A DNA stretch of 48,224 nt. Source: a virus. The translations under genes and the position numbers were made by a program. The stretch lies in IMG/VR virus record IMGVR_UViG_3300045988_113942; one strand, written 5' to 3'. Of this stretch, positions 1 to 7,487 are shown in pieces. The notes under the pieces are model-generated. The model saw only the letters and a program-made list of their open reading frames with translations. It made no database searches and had not been told where the DNA came from. Within the stretch, counting starts at the first letter, position 1. The number at the start of each line of letters is the position of its first letter.

Positions 1-32
1 AGAAAAACCCCAAAGTCACAAGGACTTCGGGG
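1..32 (-). terminator. Rho-independent terminator closing the early-left operon (duplicated at 48170-48201)
   Basis: Stem ccccaaagt (8-16) / acttcgggg (24-32) with one G-U pair on the minus strand. The minus-strand RNA ends ...ggggtttttct. Confidence 0.6.
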
Positions 33-55
33 TTTGTGTCTTGGCGGAGAAGGGG
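1..55. repeat. Terminal direct repeat, copy 1 (identical to 48170-48224)
   Basis: Direct read: agaaaaaccccaaagtcacaaggacttcggggtttgtgtcttggcggagaagggg occurs at both ends of the window. Confidence 0.95.
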
Positions 56-101
56 GAATACTCAAACGGGCGCGGAACAAGGGTTTGAGGAGGGATTTTA
101 G

Positions 102-127
102 AAAAAGAACCACCAAAAGAACCACCG
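102..127. repeat. 26-bp direct repeat aaaaagaaccaccaaaagaaccaccg (second copy at 48042-48067); candidate integrase arm-type sites
   Basis: Exact 26-mer at both loci, each holding two GAACCACC units. On the circular map the copies flank the tRNA-like core next to int. Confidence 0.5.
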
Positions 128-143
128 GCGAGAAAAAGTGTTT

Positions 144-413
144 TTACCGTGTTTTTTTGCTTGTTGCGTTGCGTGAGTCTCTTGCCACGCGGCTCAGGAA
201 CTCGCGTAGCGCAGCGATAGGGTACGCTGTTATCCCCGGGTAGCCCACAGGATCAGGAAAGCCGCTCTCGATCGCCCAGCGTCGTAATGTTGACTCAGAT
301 GCGCCGAAAGCCGCGAAAACCTCCTCTTGCGTCAGAAACGCATAATCGGGAACGTTTGGGTCGAAGAGTATGGCGCGGATGCGAGCGCCATCAATCGACT
401 TGTTTGATGTCAT
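144..413 (-). CDS. AlpA/excisionase-like small HTH protein
   Basis: MTSNKS...LTQEEVFAAFGASESTLRRWAIESGFPDPV is an AlpA/Xis-type HTH. GGAGG lies 7 nt upstream of the ATG at 413. It is the last gene before the terminator and lies next to int on the circular map. Confidence 0.6.
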   Translation of the reverse strand: MTSNKSIDGARIRAILFDPNVPDYAFLTQEEVFAAFGASESTLRRWAIESGFPDPVGYPGITAYPIAALREFLSRVARDSRNATSKKTR

Positions 414-424
414 GATGTACCTCC

Positions 425-1171
425 TCACGCCGCCTGTTCAAGTCGTTCGTTCTTGGTGATCTTGCCTTCCTTCAGGAGCTCCTTGTAAAGCCTGAAAAGT
501 CCCTTCGGCGTTACGTGCGCCGTGATCGACACGCTCAGTCCTTTTTCAGGATGCGTGAAGTTCGACACGCGAGGGCGCAGGACGCCTTGCTTCACGCGGT
601 CCGCGTAAGGTTCATTTTTCATTGTGATCCACGAGTGTGCGCGTAGCCAGTCAAAGAGGTGCGTGGCCGGATAGCCGAGCGTCTTTGCCGCTTCACGTAT
701 GAGCATGTCACCGTAGGATGCTTCTACCCTCTCAGCAAAGGCGACCTTCGGAGCGTCTTCCGCGACCTGGTGTTCAAGCGCTGCTTGCTTCTCCAATGAA
801 GAGGCGAGCTGTCGCAGCGCCGTTGGATAGTCCGGCAACGCCGGAGCGGTAGCCTTGGCCTTCGCGATCTTTTCGCACTCAATGAAGTAGAGGCGGGCTT
901 GCTTGCCTTTCGCATTTCGTTCGACCATTGCCAGTTCTTTTGCCATGCCGAGGGAAACGGAAAATTCCTTGCTCGGACGACCGCCAGAACTTTCGCTCAA
1001 AAATGAGCAAAAGTCCGTGTTCTCGACAAAGCCGAAGTCTTTGATGCGACGAGCTATCCAGTCCTTGAACTCGGTCTTGACGCCGAGGAACGCATGAAGG
1101 TCACGCGCGTTGACGGTCTGGATTTGTTCGCCGCCAATGGTTGCCGCACTCAGTGCGATGATTTCGGTCAT
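425..1171 (-). CDS. Phage antirepressor (AntA-like N-terminal domain plus KilAC-like C-terminal domain)
   Basis: N-terminus VNARDLHAFLGVKTEFKDWIARRI...ENTDF is AntA/AntB-like. The C-terminus (LIREAAKTLG...FDWLR) is KilAC-like. Confidence 0.8.
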   Translation of the reverse strand: MTEIIALSAATIGGEQIQTVNARDLHAFLGVKTEFKDWIARRIKDFGFVENTDFCSFLSESSGGRPSKEFSVSLGMAKELAMVERNAKGKQARLYFIECEKIAKAKATAPALPDYPTALRQLASSLEKQAALEHQVAEDAPKVAFAERVEASYGDMLIREAAKTLGYPATHLFDWLRAHSWITMKNEPYADRVKQGVLRPRVSNFTHPEKGLSVSITAHVTPKGLFRLYKELLKEGKITKNERLEQAA

Positions 1172-1180
1172 GGGTTCTCC

Positions 1181-1606
1181 TTAAAACGGTACTTCGCCGT
1201 CGTCATATGTCTGGGCTTGTTCTTGCACGCGTGAACGTCTTGCCGGTTCGGCCTGTTGCTGTTGTGCTCGATCCTTCGCACTCTGGACGAACTGGAAGTG
1301 CTCGCAGATGACTTCTGTCACCCATCGGTCGGCGCCGTTTTTGTCTTTGTACTTTCTCGTTTGAAGACGGCCACGTACCCAGATCGGCGAACCCTTGTGC
1401 AGATACTCGGCAATTGTCTCGGCAGTCTTGCCAAATGCGACGACGGTGTTCCAGTCTGTGACGTTTTCGTATTGACCGTCCGCGTTTTTCACTCTACGGT
1501 TTGTGGCGACGGCCAGGGAAACGAAAGCGAGGTTGTTCGTCCCATATCGGAGGTCAGGGTCGCGGCCAAGGCAGCCGCAAATGGTCACTTCGTTGATGTT
1601 CAGCAT
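1181..1606 (-). CDS. ssb: Single-stranded DNA-binding protein
   Basis: MLNINEVTICGCLGRDPDLRY... is an OB fold, followed by a Gln-rich linker and an acidic tail DDGEVPF. The start was moved from the track ORF (1732) to the ATG at 1606. Confidence 0.9.
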   Translation of the reverse strand: MLNINEVTICGCLGRDPDLRYGTNNLAFVSLAVATNRRVKNADGQYENVTDWNTVVAFGKTAETIAEYLHKGSPIWVRGRLQTRKYKDKNGADRWVTEVICEHFQFVQSAKDRAQQQQAEPARRSRVQEQAQTYDDGEVPF

Positions 1607-1917
1607 TGTTGTTCCTTTGAAATTCGGTTGATTTGTCGTTCGATCTTTTCGTGCATTACCCGGTCGACCTTGGCGCTGAAGCCGGGAATCAGAATGCGGA
1701 GCTGACTGATCATTACGAGGCAGTCGGCGCATTCCTCTGCAAGGTCGTTTTCAAGCACGGTGATGCACCGGTACTTTCCGCCGGATGCTTCGGCCTGTCG
1801 GGCGAGCGCAAGACGTGAAGCCGCAGTTGCAGCCTCTCCGAACTCTTCGGCAGCCTTGAGCGTCTGATGGTCTCGCCCGTAGTGTCTGGCAATGTCTTTC
1901 AGTTCTTCGTCGATCAT
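1600..1917 (-). CDS. MazG-like nucleotide pyrophosphohydrolase domain protein (putative)
   Basis: Paired EExxE/ExxAD motifs (AAEEFGEAA ... LAEECADCLVMISQL) are typical of small phage MazG-like proteins. Confidence 0.5.
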   Translation of the reverse strand: MIDEELKDIARHYGRDHQTLKAAEEFGEAATAASRLALARQAEASGGKYRCITVLENDLAEECADCLVMISQLRILIPGFSAKVDRVMHEKIERQINRISKEQQC

Positions 1918-2132
1918 TCTTCGTAGTCCTCACACCAAGGACGGAAAGAAAGCTGATACCTGCTGACGTCCAGCTGTCGATTGTGCTCGTCGAACCAGTC
2001 CCGTCCGTTGAAGTACGCGTACATGCAGAATCCTTTGTGGCCGTCACGAGGGACGAGGCTGATCTGGTAGTGCCCGCGTTCCGGGCGCTCTTTCTTAAAG
2101 GAGCGCCATTGTTCGTTGTCATGTTTGTTCAT
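1914..2132 (-). CDS. Hypothetical protein (DUF551-like pattern)
   Basis: 72 aa, overlapping its neighbours by 4 nt at both ends. The pattern W..F...RPE...Y...W resembles DUF551. Confidence 0.5.
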   Translation of the reverse strand: MNKHDNEQWRSFKKERPERGHYQISLVPRDGHKGFCMYAYFNGRDWFDEHNRQLDVSRYQLSFRPWCEDYEE

Positions 2133-2365
2133 TCCTGCTCATTGATCTCTTCAATGTCCTGCCACTCGATTCGGACGTGCGCGAGGCAGGCGCCTATCCA
2201 GATGCCGACCGTGATGCCCTCGGCAAACTCCTCGTCCGTCACACGACCGGCTTTGTGAGCATTCGCAAAGGAGGCTGCATACTTGTTCAGACGCTCGTGG
2301 AATTTGCCGCCGGACAACGTCTCTAGTTTTCTTCGCGCTTTTTCATCGCGAACTCGGTACTTCAT
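2129..2365 (-). CDS. Hypothetical protein
   Basis: MKYRVRDEKARRK... The start was set at the ATG at 2365, which forms an ATGA overlap with the upstream stop. Confidence 0.5.
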   Translation of the reverse strand: MKYRVRDEKARRKLETLSGGKFHERLNKYAASFANAHKAGRVTDEEFAEGITVGIWIGACLAHVRIEWQDIEEINEQE

Positions 2366-2841
2366 TCGATCAGTCCTTCCTCTTTCATGACACGGACCGG
2401 TTTCAGGTGATGCTTCATCACGTAGTGAAGAGCCTGGTCCATCTCTTTGTAGGTGAAGCCCTTGAATAGCTCGATCAGGTTCTGCAACAGGGCTTCTGCT
2501 TGCAGAAGGTTTTCTTTCGCAATAACGTGCTTCTCTTGCCAGATGCGCCAGGCGGCATCGACCTGACGCCATGCCGGCTCAATCTCACGCCTGAACTCTT
2601 CGCCTTCTTCGAGGTCGTAGGACAGGCGGTCAGCTAGAAGTAGAAGCCCAATCAAGTAAGCCCACGATTCATACGTGGGCTCCGTTCTGAAGGACTGCAG
2701 GTGAATGCGGTAGTCGAGCTCGATGCTGGCGGCTGCGCGGTCTGACAGTCCCTTGTTCGCCGAGATGTCGAGCATGTCGAGGTAGCCGATGCGGTGTTTC
2801 TTCGGGTTGTATTTCTTTGTCCGCTTTTTCTTGGCTTTCAT
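2362..2841 (-). CDS. Hypothetical protein
   Basis: MKAKKKRTKKYNPKK... (159 aa). The start at 2841 forms an ATGA overlap with the stop of 2838-3077. The longer track ORF (to 3210) was rejected. Confidence 0.55.
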   Translation of the reverse strand: MKAKKKRTKKYNPKKHRIGYLDMLDISANKGLSDRAAASIELDYRIHLQSFRTEPTYESWAYLIGLLLLADRLSYDLEEGEEFRREIEPAWRQVDAAWRIWQEKHVIAKENLLQAEALLQNLIELFKGFTYKEMDQALHYVMKHHLKPVRVMKEEGLIE

Positions 2842-3077
2842 TCCTTGTTTTCCTTGAAAATGCAGTGTTGCGGATCGCACGGTGCATTCGGGTTTTGGTA
2901 CTTGAGACCGAAACCAATTCCGACAAGAAGTGCCAGTGCGATGAGGATCGTCTTGTACCCGACGGTTATGCCTGACGTCGCGAGCGCCCAGACGATGAAG
3001 CAAGTGCCGGCTATGCGAAGGACGACGAAGATCGTCAGCATTACGATCTCCATCGCATTGATGGTTTGCGGGTTCAT
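2838..3077 (-). CDS. Small membrane protein (2 predicted TM helices)
   Basis: Hydrophobic runs IVMLTIFVVLRIAGTCFIVWALA and ILIALALLVGIGFGL. Confidence 0.55.
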   Translation of the reverse strand: MNPQTINAMEIVMLTIFVVLRIAGTCFIVWALATSGITVGYKTILIALALLVGIGFGLKYQNPNAPCDPQHCIFKENKE

Positions 3078-3304
3078 TCCTCGTCCTCCTTCTGTTTGAC
3101 GAAGTACTCAGTCGGAAAGAGCGTTGGCGCAATCTTGCCTTTGGCAGGGACGTGGAGGAGATAAAAGCCGCTAAGCGTACCTTTTGCGTGATACATGAAC
3201 GCTCGTCCATCGCATTCCGCTTCTGCTTCGCGGATCGCTTTTTGTGTTGTGCCCATCATGCAAGCGATTCGCTTGCGGATTTCCTTTTTCATCTTGACAG
3301 GCAT
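3074..3304 (-). CDS. Hypothetical protein
   Basis: 76-aa ORF in the translationally coupled series, ending KQKEDEE. Confidence 0.5.
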   Translation of the reverse strand: MPVKMKKEIRKRIACMMGTTQKAIREAEAECDGRAFMYHAKGTLSGFYLLHVPAKGKIAPTLFPTEYFVKQKEDEE

Positions 3305-3513
3305 TTCTCGTCCTTCTTCATAATCTGGATGCGGATCGAGCGATAGTCCTTCAGCGTCCCGACGCAGTAGGACAATCTACGGATGGCTTCGTCGATCTCC
3401 TCCACGGTCGGAGGAGTTCGACTCTTCCAGTCATTCCGACACGACGTTGCGCATACAGCTATGGCTTCCATCGCGAAGAGTGCACGGCGTCGATGCGCTT
3501 TTTCGTTCTTCAT
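3289..3513 (-). CDS. Hypothetical protein
   Basis: 74-aa ORF in operon context. Confidence 0.45.
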   Translation of the reverse strand: MKNEKAHRRRALFAMEAIAVCATSCRNDWKSRTPPTVEEIDEAIRRLSYCVGTLKDYRSIRIQIMKKDEKCLSR

Positions 3514-4061
3514 TCCTCGTCCTCCTTGATCTTCGATAGCAGGAACGTCTTGAGCACGAGTGCAGCATCGTCTTGCGAAACCTTGCTCACGTCATCCGTC
3601 ACTTTTTTGAAAAGAGGAGTGCCAGAGCCGTCAACGATGACGCACGTCCGAATTTTCTTATTCGTTGTGAAGCTATCATTCGTTGTGAAGTGGACTCCAT
3701 AACGCTTGCCGTTGACGTAGAACTCATAACCCCAGATGTTCTGAGTGCCATCGATCTCGCAGTTGAGGCGCTGCATCTGTACCCCTACCCACTCCGTTTG
3801 GGCCTTTTGGAAAGCCTTTGCGTCCTTCGCTGCCCGCAGGATCGAATTCGCGATTTGCTCGGCTTCGAAGTGCCACATGTCGGCGATATATCCCCCTTCT
3901 TTGACTAGGACTCTTACAGAGGCCCCGCTCCTTTCAATAAGCGCGAGAAAGTCACGATCCTCGTCAAGCGTGTTGTCGTAATAGTCCTTTGCCCACGGCA
4001 TGCCGACGATCTCGGCAATCGCGGCCTGAGCGGCCTCATCAATTTTTACTCTCTGGCTCAT
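3510..4061 (-). CDS. Hypothetical protein
   Basis: MSQRVKIDEAAQ... The ATG at 4061 forms an ATGA overlap with the upstream stop. Confidence 0.6.
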   Translation of the reverse strand: MSQRVKIDEAAQAAIAEIVGMPWAKDYYDNTLDEDRDFLALIERSGASVRVLVKEGGYIADMWHFEAEQIANSILRAAKDAKAFQKAQTEWVGVQMQRLNCEIDGTQNIWGYEFYVNGKRYGVHFTTNDSFTTNKKIRTCVIVDGSGTPLFKKVTDDVSKVSQDDAALVLKTFLLSKIKEDEE

Positions 4062-4324
4062 TCTTCGTTCTCCCACAGAGCGTATCTGGCGGTCACATCC
4101 TTATGCCCAAAGGCGTTTAGCCGGCCGTCCCAAAAAATCGGCAGCCGGTGGAACGAGCCGAACGGGATGAAGTCTTGGCCGTCGAAAACCGCAAACCCCT
4201 GAAAAAGGGTCTTGCCGTAGTACGGTTCCGGTGTGCCAGTGTTTTGATCTTTTTCTTTGACTTCGAGCCTGAGCGGCAAGCCGCGCGGCGGCGTCGTGTC
4301 TGGGAAGTTTTTCCATTGCGTCAT
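4058..4324 (-). CDS. Hypothetical protein (DUF551-like pattern)
   Basis: MTQWKNFPDTTPPRG... ends LWENEE. Confidence 0.5.
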   Translation of the reverse strand: MTQWKNFPDTTPPRGLPLRLEVKEKDQNTGTPEPYYGKTLFQGFAVFDGQDFIPFGSFHRLPIFWDGRLNAFGHKDVTARYALWENEE

Positions 4325-4373
4325 GCTTCGTCCTCCTTACGGAAAGCCCCGCACGAAGCGGGGCATGAGTGGG

Positions 4374-4802
4374 TTACTGGTGCTTGAAGCTCAAGCGAAT
4401 GTCGCCGTTGTCTTCAACAGTCATTGACGTACCGGCGATCTTTTTCAACGCTTCTGGATCAAACGCGGTCGTCTGTTCGGCGGGCACCGTTTCAGCAACG
4501 GGTTTGTCGACGGTTTCCTCGCTTTCTTCAGCGGTTTCTTCAGTGTCGTCATAAGCAAACATCAGAGCACTGATTTCGTCGCTTTCGATTTTGGCGCGCT
4601 CGATTGTGAGTGCGTAGTTGCAGACGGAATGGGCGAGATTCTGGAGGACTTCCTTTTGTTCGCTTTTGTGGCTTTCGAAGGCGATCAAGAGAGCAGATTC
4701 GACGAGGAGAGAAGTGTCGATGTCGTCGATCTGGTTGTCATACTGATTGTTGATGTCGAACAGAGCGGACTGGATGATTTCAGAGGATTTGGCTTTAAGC
4801 AT
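4374..4802 (-). CDS. Highly acidic hypothetical protein immediately downstream of recT
   Basis: 142 aa rich in D/E (DDTEETAEESEETVD). Confidence 0.55.
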   Translation of the reverse strand: MLKAKSSEIIQSALFDINNQYDNQIDDIDTSLLVESALLIAFESHKSEQKEVLQNLAHSVCNYALTIERAKIESDEISALMFAYDDTEETAEESEETVDKPVAETVPAEQTTAFDPEALKKIAGTSMTVEDNGDIRLSFKHQ

Positions 4803-4828
4803 GATTTTCTCCTTGTTGAGATGGTGGG

Positions 4829-5680
4829 TTAATTGTTTTCGTTGACTGCGTCGTCGATATACTCGGCGTCGTTCACGTCGCCTTTCTCGATGAACTCTGC
4901 ATCGAGGAAGTCCTGGTCCGTCGTTGCCTCGCCTCGGTCAGTCTTCTCGTCGATCTCGACGGCGCGGACGGCTTCGATGCTCACCGGCAGGTACTTGAAC
5001 AGGCGGCGGATGACGGTCTTCTTGGCCATCTCCTCCCAGTGGGAGGACCACGGGCCGGAGTTGCCAGCCTTCGAGGAGGTGCGGACCTTCTCGATCTCTG
5101 CGCGGCTCATCACTTCGAACTGGACGCCACCGCCTTTGAGTTTGGCGACGGCATAGACGTGAGTGACCTTTCCTCGATCCGCAACCGACGCAGGAATGTG
5201 CTCGATGTCCGGGTCAAGGCCGAGCTTGTAGTTGAAGGTGTCCTGTTCGTGCACGCAGTAGGCTTGCAGGCTTACGATTTGGCCTGAACGACGTGCGAGG
5301 TCGATCATTCCTCGGTAGCCGATAATCAACTGCGCGTTCGGACGGCCTTGTTTGTCCTTTCCGTTGCCGAAGGGGAGTAGGTAGCAATGCCCGAGCGCGG
5401 AGCCGGGCTCAAGGCCAAGGGCGGCGCACTGGAGGACGGCGCCGTAGAAGGACTCAGGTGCGCACTTGAGAAGCGCCGGGGTCTTCCTGCACTCGGTCAT
5501 CACGATGCGCGTCAGACGGTCGGGCGTCATGCTCTTGGGCATGGCGAGTGCCATCTGCTTCTGGAAGTTCGGCTGTCGGATCATTCCGAGAAGCGTCGTC
5601 GGATTCTTTGCGGCTTGGACGACAGCAGTCTGTGCGGCGGCAGGAGCAACCTGCGATTTGAGAACGTCAGTAGTTGACAT
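4829..5680 (-). CDS. recT: RecT-family single-strand annealing recombinase
   Basis: RecT hallmarks: QCAALGLEPGS, HCYLLPFG, IIGYRGMIDLARRSG and KKTVIRRLFKYLP. Confidence 0.9.
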   Translation of the reverse strand: MSTTDVLKSQVAPAAAQTAVVQAAKNPTTLLGMIRQPNFQKQMALAMPKSMTPDRLTRIVMTECRKTPALLKCAPESFYGAVLQCAALGLEPGSALGHCYLLPFGNGKDKQGRPNAQLIIGYRGMIDLARRSGQIVSLQAYCVHEQDTFNYKLGLDPDIEHIPASVADRGKVTHVYAVAKLKGGGVQFEVMSRAEIEKVRTSSKAGNSGPWSSHWEEMAKKTVIRRLFKYLPVSIEAVRAVEIDEKTDRGEATTDQDFLDAEFIEKGDVNDAEYIDDAVNENN

Positions 5681-5691
5681 GAGTTTCCTTT

Positions 5692-6714
5692 TTAAGCGAG
5701 TCGAAGGATTCGGGTGGAGGTGGTCTGTACGAAATCTGCGTACAGGTCAGGGTGTTCTTTCTTGAATGCGGTGGAGGAGAAGCGAGAGCTGTTCTGCGCC
5801 TTGAACGTGACGGCCTTTTGACCGCCGATCGTGAGGCCTGTCTTTTCACCGATGGCGAGGATCACGCGAGAGGCGACGGCCTTCTCTTGCTCCTGAAGCT
5901 CTTTGATCTGCTCTTTGATCGTTCGGAGCTCGCCGATGTCGGCAGCTTCGTCGTTACTGGCTTCTTTCAACTCGCCGTTGTCTCGGGAATAGAGCTTCTT
6001 GATGTCGTCGACGTTGATGGGGTCGGGGGCGACGTCAGCAAGGACCTTCTCGAACCAGAAGGCGCGGCACTTTTCGACGATGGCTTTGATCACGTCCTCA
6101 TCGCGCTGCACTTCGTACATTCGGAAGTCCTGACCGCCGATGAGAACAGCGACATAGAACTTCTTGATGCCCGTCACCGCCATGTACCACTGAATCTGCG
6201 TTTCGTAGTAGAGCGGAATCTGGTGATCGGTGACGACCTTGCCGGACACGATCTCATCTTCCTGCGAAGGTCCCCACTTGTCAGCCATGAAGGCGTTGGC
6301 GGTCTTGCACTCGAGGCCGACGTCCGTCGAAAGCATGAGGCCGGTTTCGGCTGCCTTCGCGGGCTTGTTGACACGGACCGTTTTGGCAATCTGTTCGTTG
6401 ACGATTGCTCGGTCGATGTTGCCGCGCATCCACCCGTCTTCGCCGGTCGAAAGAAGGAAGTTCACGCGCTGAATCTTCATGCCAGTGCGCTTGCTGAACT
6501 CTTTCGCAACCACGTCTTCAAGCGTGGTTCCCCAGTAGGCAGCTTCACCTGCCGGTGAGCCTTTGGTCTTGCCGGTCTTCTCTTCCCACAAGCTCAGCGG
6601 CGTCTTGTAAGGGTTGAGGCCGAGGACGGTTGCAACGTCTGAACCGCCGATGCCCTTGCTACGTTCTTGTAGCCAGGCATCGCGTTCCATCTCTGCAGTC
6701 TTAATTGCTGCCAT
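5692..6714 (-). CDS. YqaJ/lambda-Exo-like recombination exonuclease (PD-(D/E)XK)
   Basis: WLQERSKGIGGSDVATVLGLNPYKTPLSLWEEKTG and GNIDRAIV...LECKT are YqaJ-type motifs. The gene is paired with recT. Confidence 0.9.
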   Translation of the reverse strand: MAAIKTAEMERDAWLQERSKGIGGSDVATVLGLNPYKTPLSLWEEKTGKTKGSPAGEAAYWGTTLEDVVAKEFSKRTGMKIQRVNFLLSTGEDGWMRGNIDRAIVNEQIAKTVRVNKPAKAAETGLMLSTDVGLECKTANAFMADKWGPSQEDEIVSGKVVTDHQIPLYYETQIQWYMAVTGIKKFYVAVLIGGQDFRMYEVQRDEDVIKAIVEKCRAFWFEKVLADVAPDPINVDDIKKLYSRDNGELKEASNDEAADIGELRTIKEQIKELQEQEKAVASRVILAIGEKTGLTIGGQKAVTFKAQNSSRFSSTAFKKEHPDLYADFVQTTSTRILRLA

Positions 6715-6937
6715 TCAAAACTCCTTGAAAGATCGCTGCCGCAACAATTGCGAGCGCTCCTACGAGAACAACGACCTTCCAGACCAGCGATGGTTGTTCA
6801 CATGAAAAAGGCTCGACGTTCTGCCGAGCCTGCTTTGCTTTCTTACGCTGTTCGAGCGGTCGCTTTGGTGTCTTGCGTTTCATGTCGAAGTCCCTTGGAA
6901 TGTGGTCAATGATGTGGACCGGGTCGGAGAAGCTCAT
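6701..6937 (-). CDS. Small protein with a C-terminal TM segment
   Basis: VWKVVVLVGALAIVAAAIFQGVL. Confidence 0.45.
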   Translation of the reverse strand: MSFSDPVHIIDHIPRDFDMKRKTPKRPLEQRKKAKQARQNVEPFSCEQPSLVWKVVVLVGALAIVAAAIFQGVLNGSN

Positions 6938-7185
6938 GCTGCTTCCTCCTCCTCGCGCTCCTGCCAGAGCACGCGAAGCTCCTCGAGGCAGTCCTCCATG
7001 ATGTCCTTGTCGAGCCCCGCGTCGTTGGCTGCTTCGGTGAACTCTTCGATCGTGACGAGCTCGCCTCCAGCTGTAAGCGTGTCGAGATCGAGCTCGTACC
7101 CGTCAATGAGGATCGGCTGCTCGTCCGGATACTCGTCGTACACTGACGGGACGCCGCCCATGCCGAAATAGAAGCCGTTGCTCAT
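6934..7185 (-). CDS. Acidic hypothetical protein
   Basis: 83-aa ORF, the first gene after the tandem terminators. Confidence 0.5.
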   Translation of the reverse strand: MSNGFYFGMGGVPSVYDEYPDEQPILIDGYELDLDTLTAGGELVTIEEFTEAANDAGLDKDIMEDCLEELRVLWQEREEEEAA

Positions 7186-7325
7186 GCGAAGTACCTCAAC
7201 TCGAGAATGGTGATCATGGTTGACTCCAGGTCAGATAGCTGATCCAAGCACTCTCACCCGCATGGCTGTGTCAAGTGAGGAACGGGCAAGGGCGCTTGGA
7301 TCGGCTTTCTTGAGGCAATAAAAAA

Positions 7326-7348
7326 GCCCCCGGCGTGGTGCCGAGGGC
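7326..7348 (-). terminator. Rho-independent terminator (second of a tandem pair)
   Basis: Stem gcccccggc / gccgagggc with one mismatch. The minus-strand RNA ends ...gggggcttttttatt. Confidence 0.6.
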
Positions 7349-7360
7349 AGGAAAAGCAAA

Positions 7361-7388
7361 GCCCCGTCAGTTTTCACCGACGGGGCTG
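7361..7388 (-). terminator. Rho-independent terminator after the PemK-like gene (first of the tandem pair)
   Basis: Stem gccccgtc / gacggggc. The minus-strand tail is ctttgcttttcc. Confidence 0.6.
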
Positions 7389-7487
7389 AATGTCGCTACG
7401 GTCGATTGCAATCTCGGTTCCGTAGAGGCCTTCCATAGGAAAGGACTTTAAACGAGTTCGGCGAACCGAACTGTGCCACTTCTGAAA

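Noticed and set aside
41-100. Possible complete tRNA gene on the minus strand, ending ...CTTCTCCGCCA.
   Set aside because: - Only the acceptor 3' strand and the start of a T-stem are tRNA-like.
- The next bases (rc ...ccgtttgagtattcccc) cannot form a T-arm with a TTCRANY loop.
- No D-arm or anticodon arm follows.
- It is interpreted as an att core fragment, not a gene.
7363-7377. A 15-nt identity (cccgtcagttttcac) between the terminator at 7361-7388 and the reverse complement of the hairpin at 15530-15550. It was considered as a possible moron-boundary repeat.
   Set aside because: In 48 kb compared on both strands, about one chance 15-mer match is expected. Both are simple terminator stems, so the match is not significant by itself.
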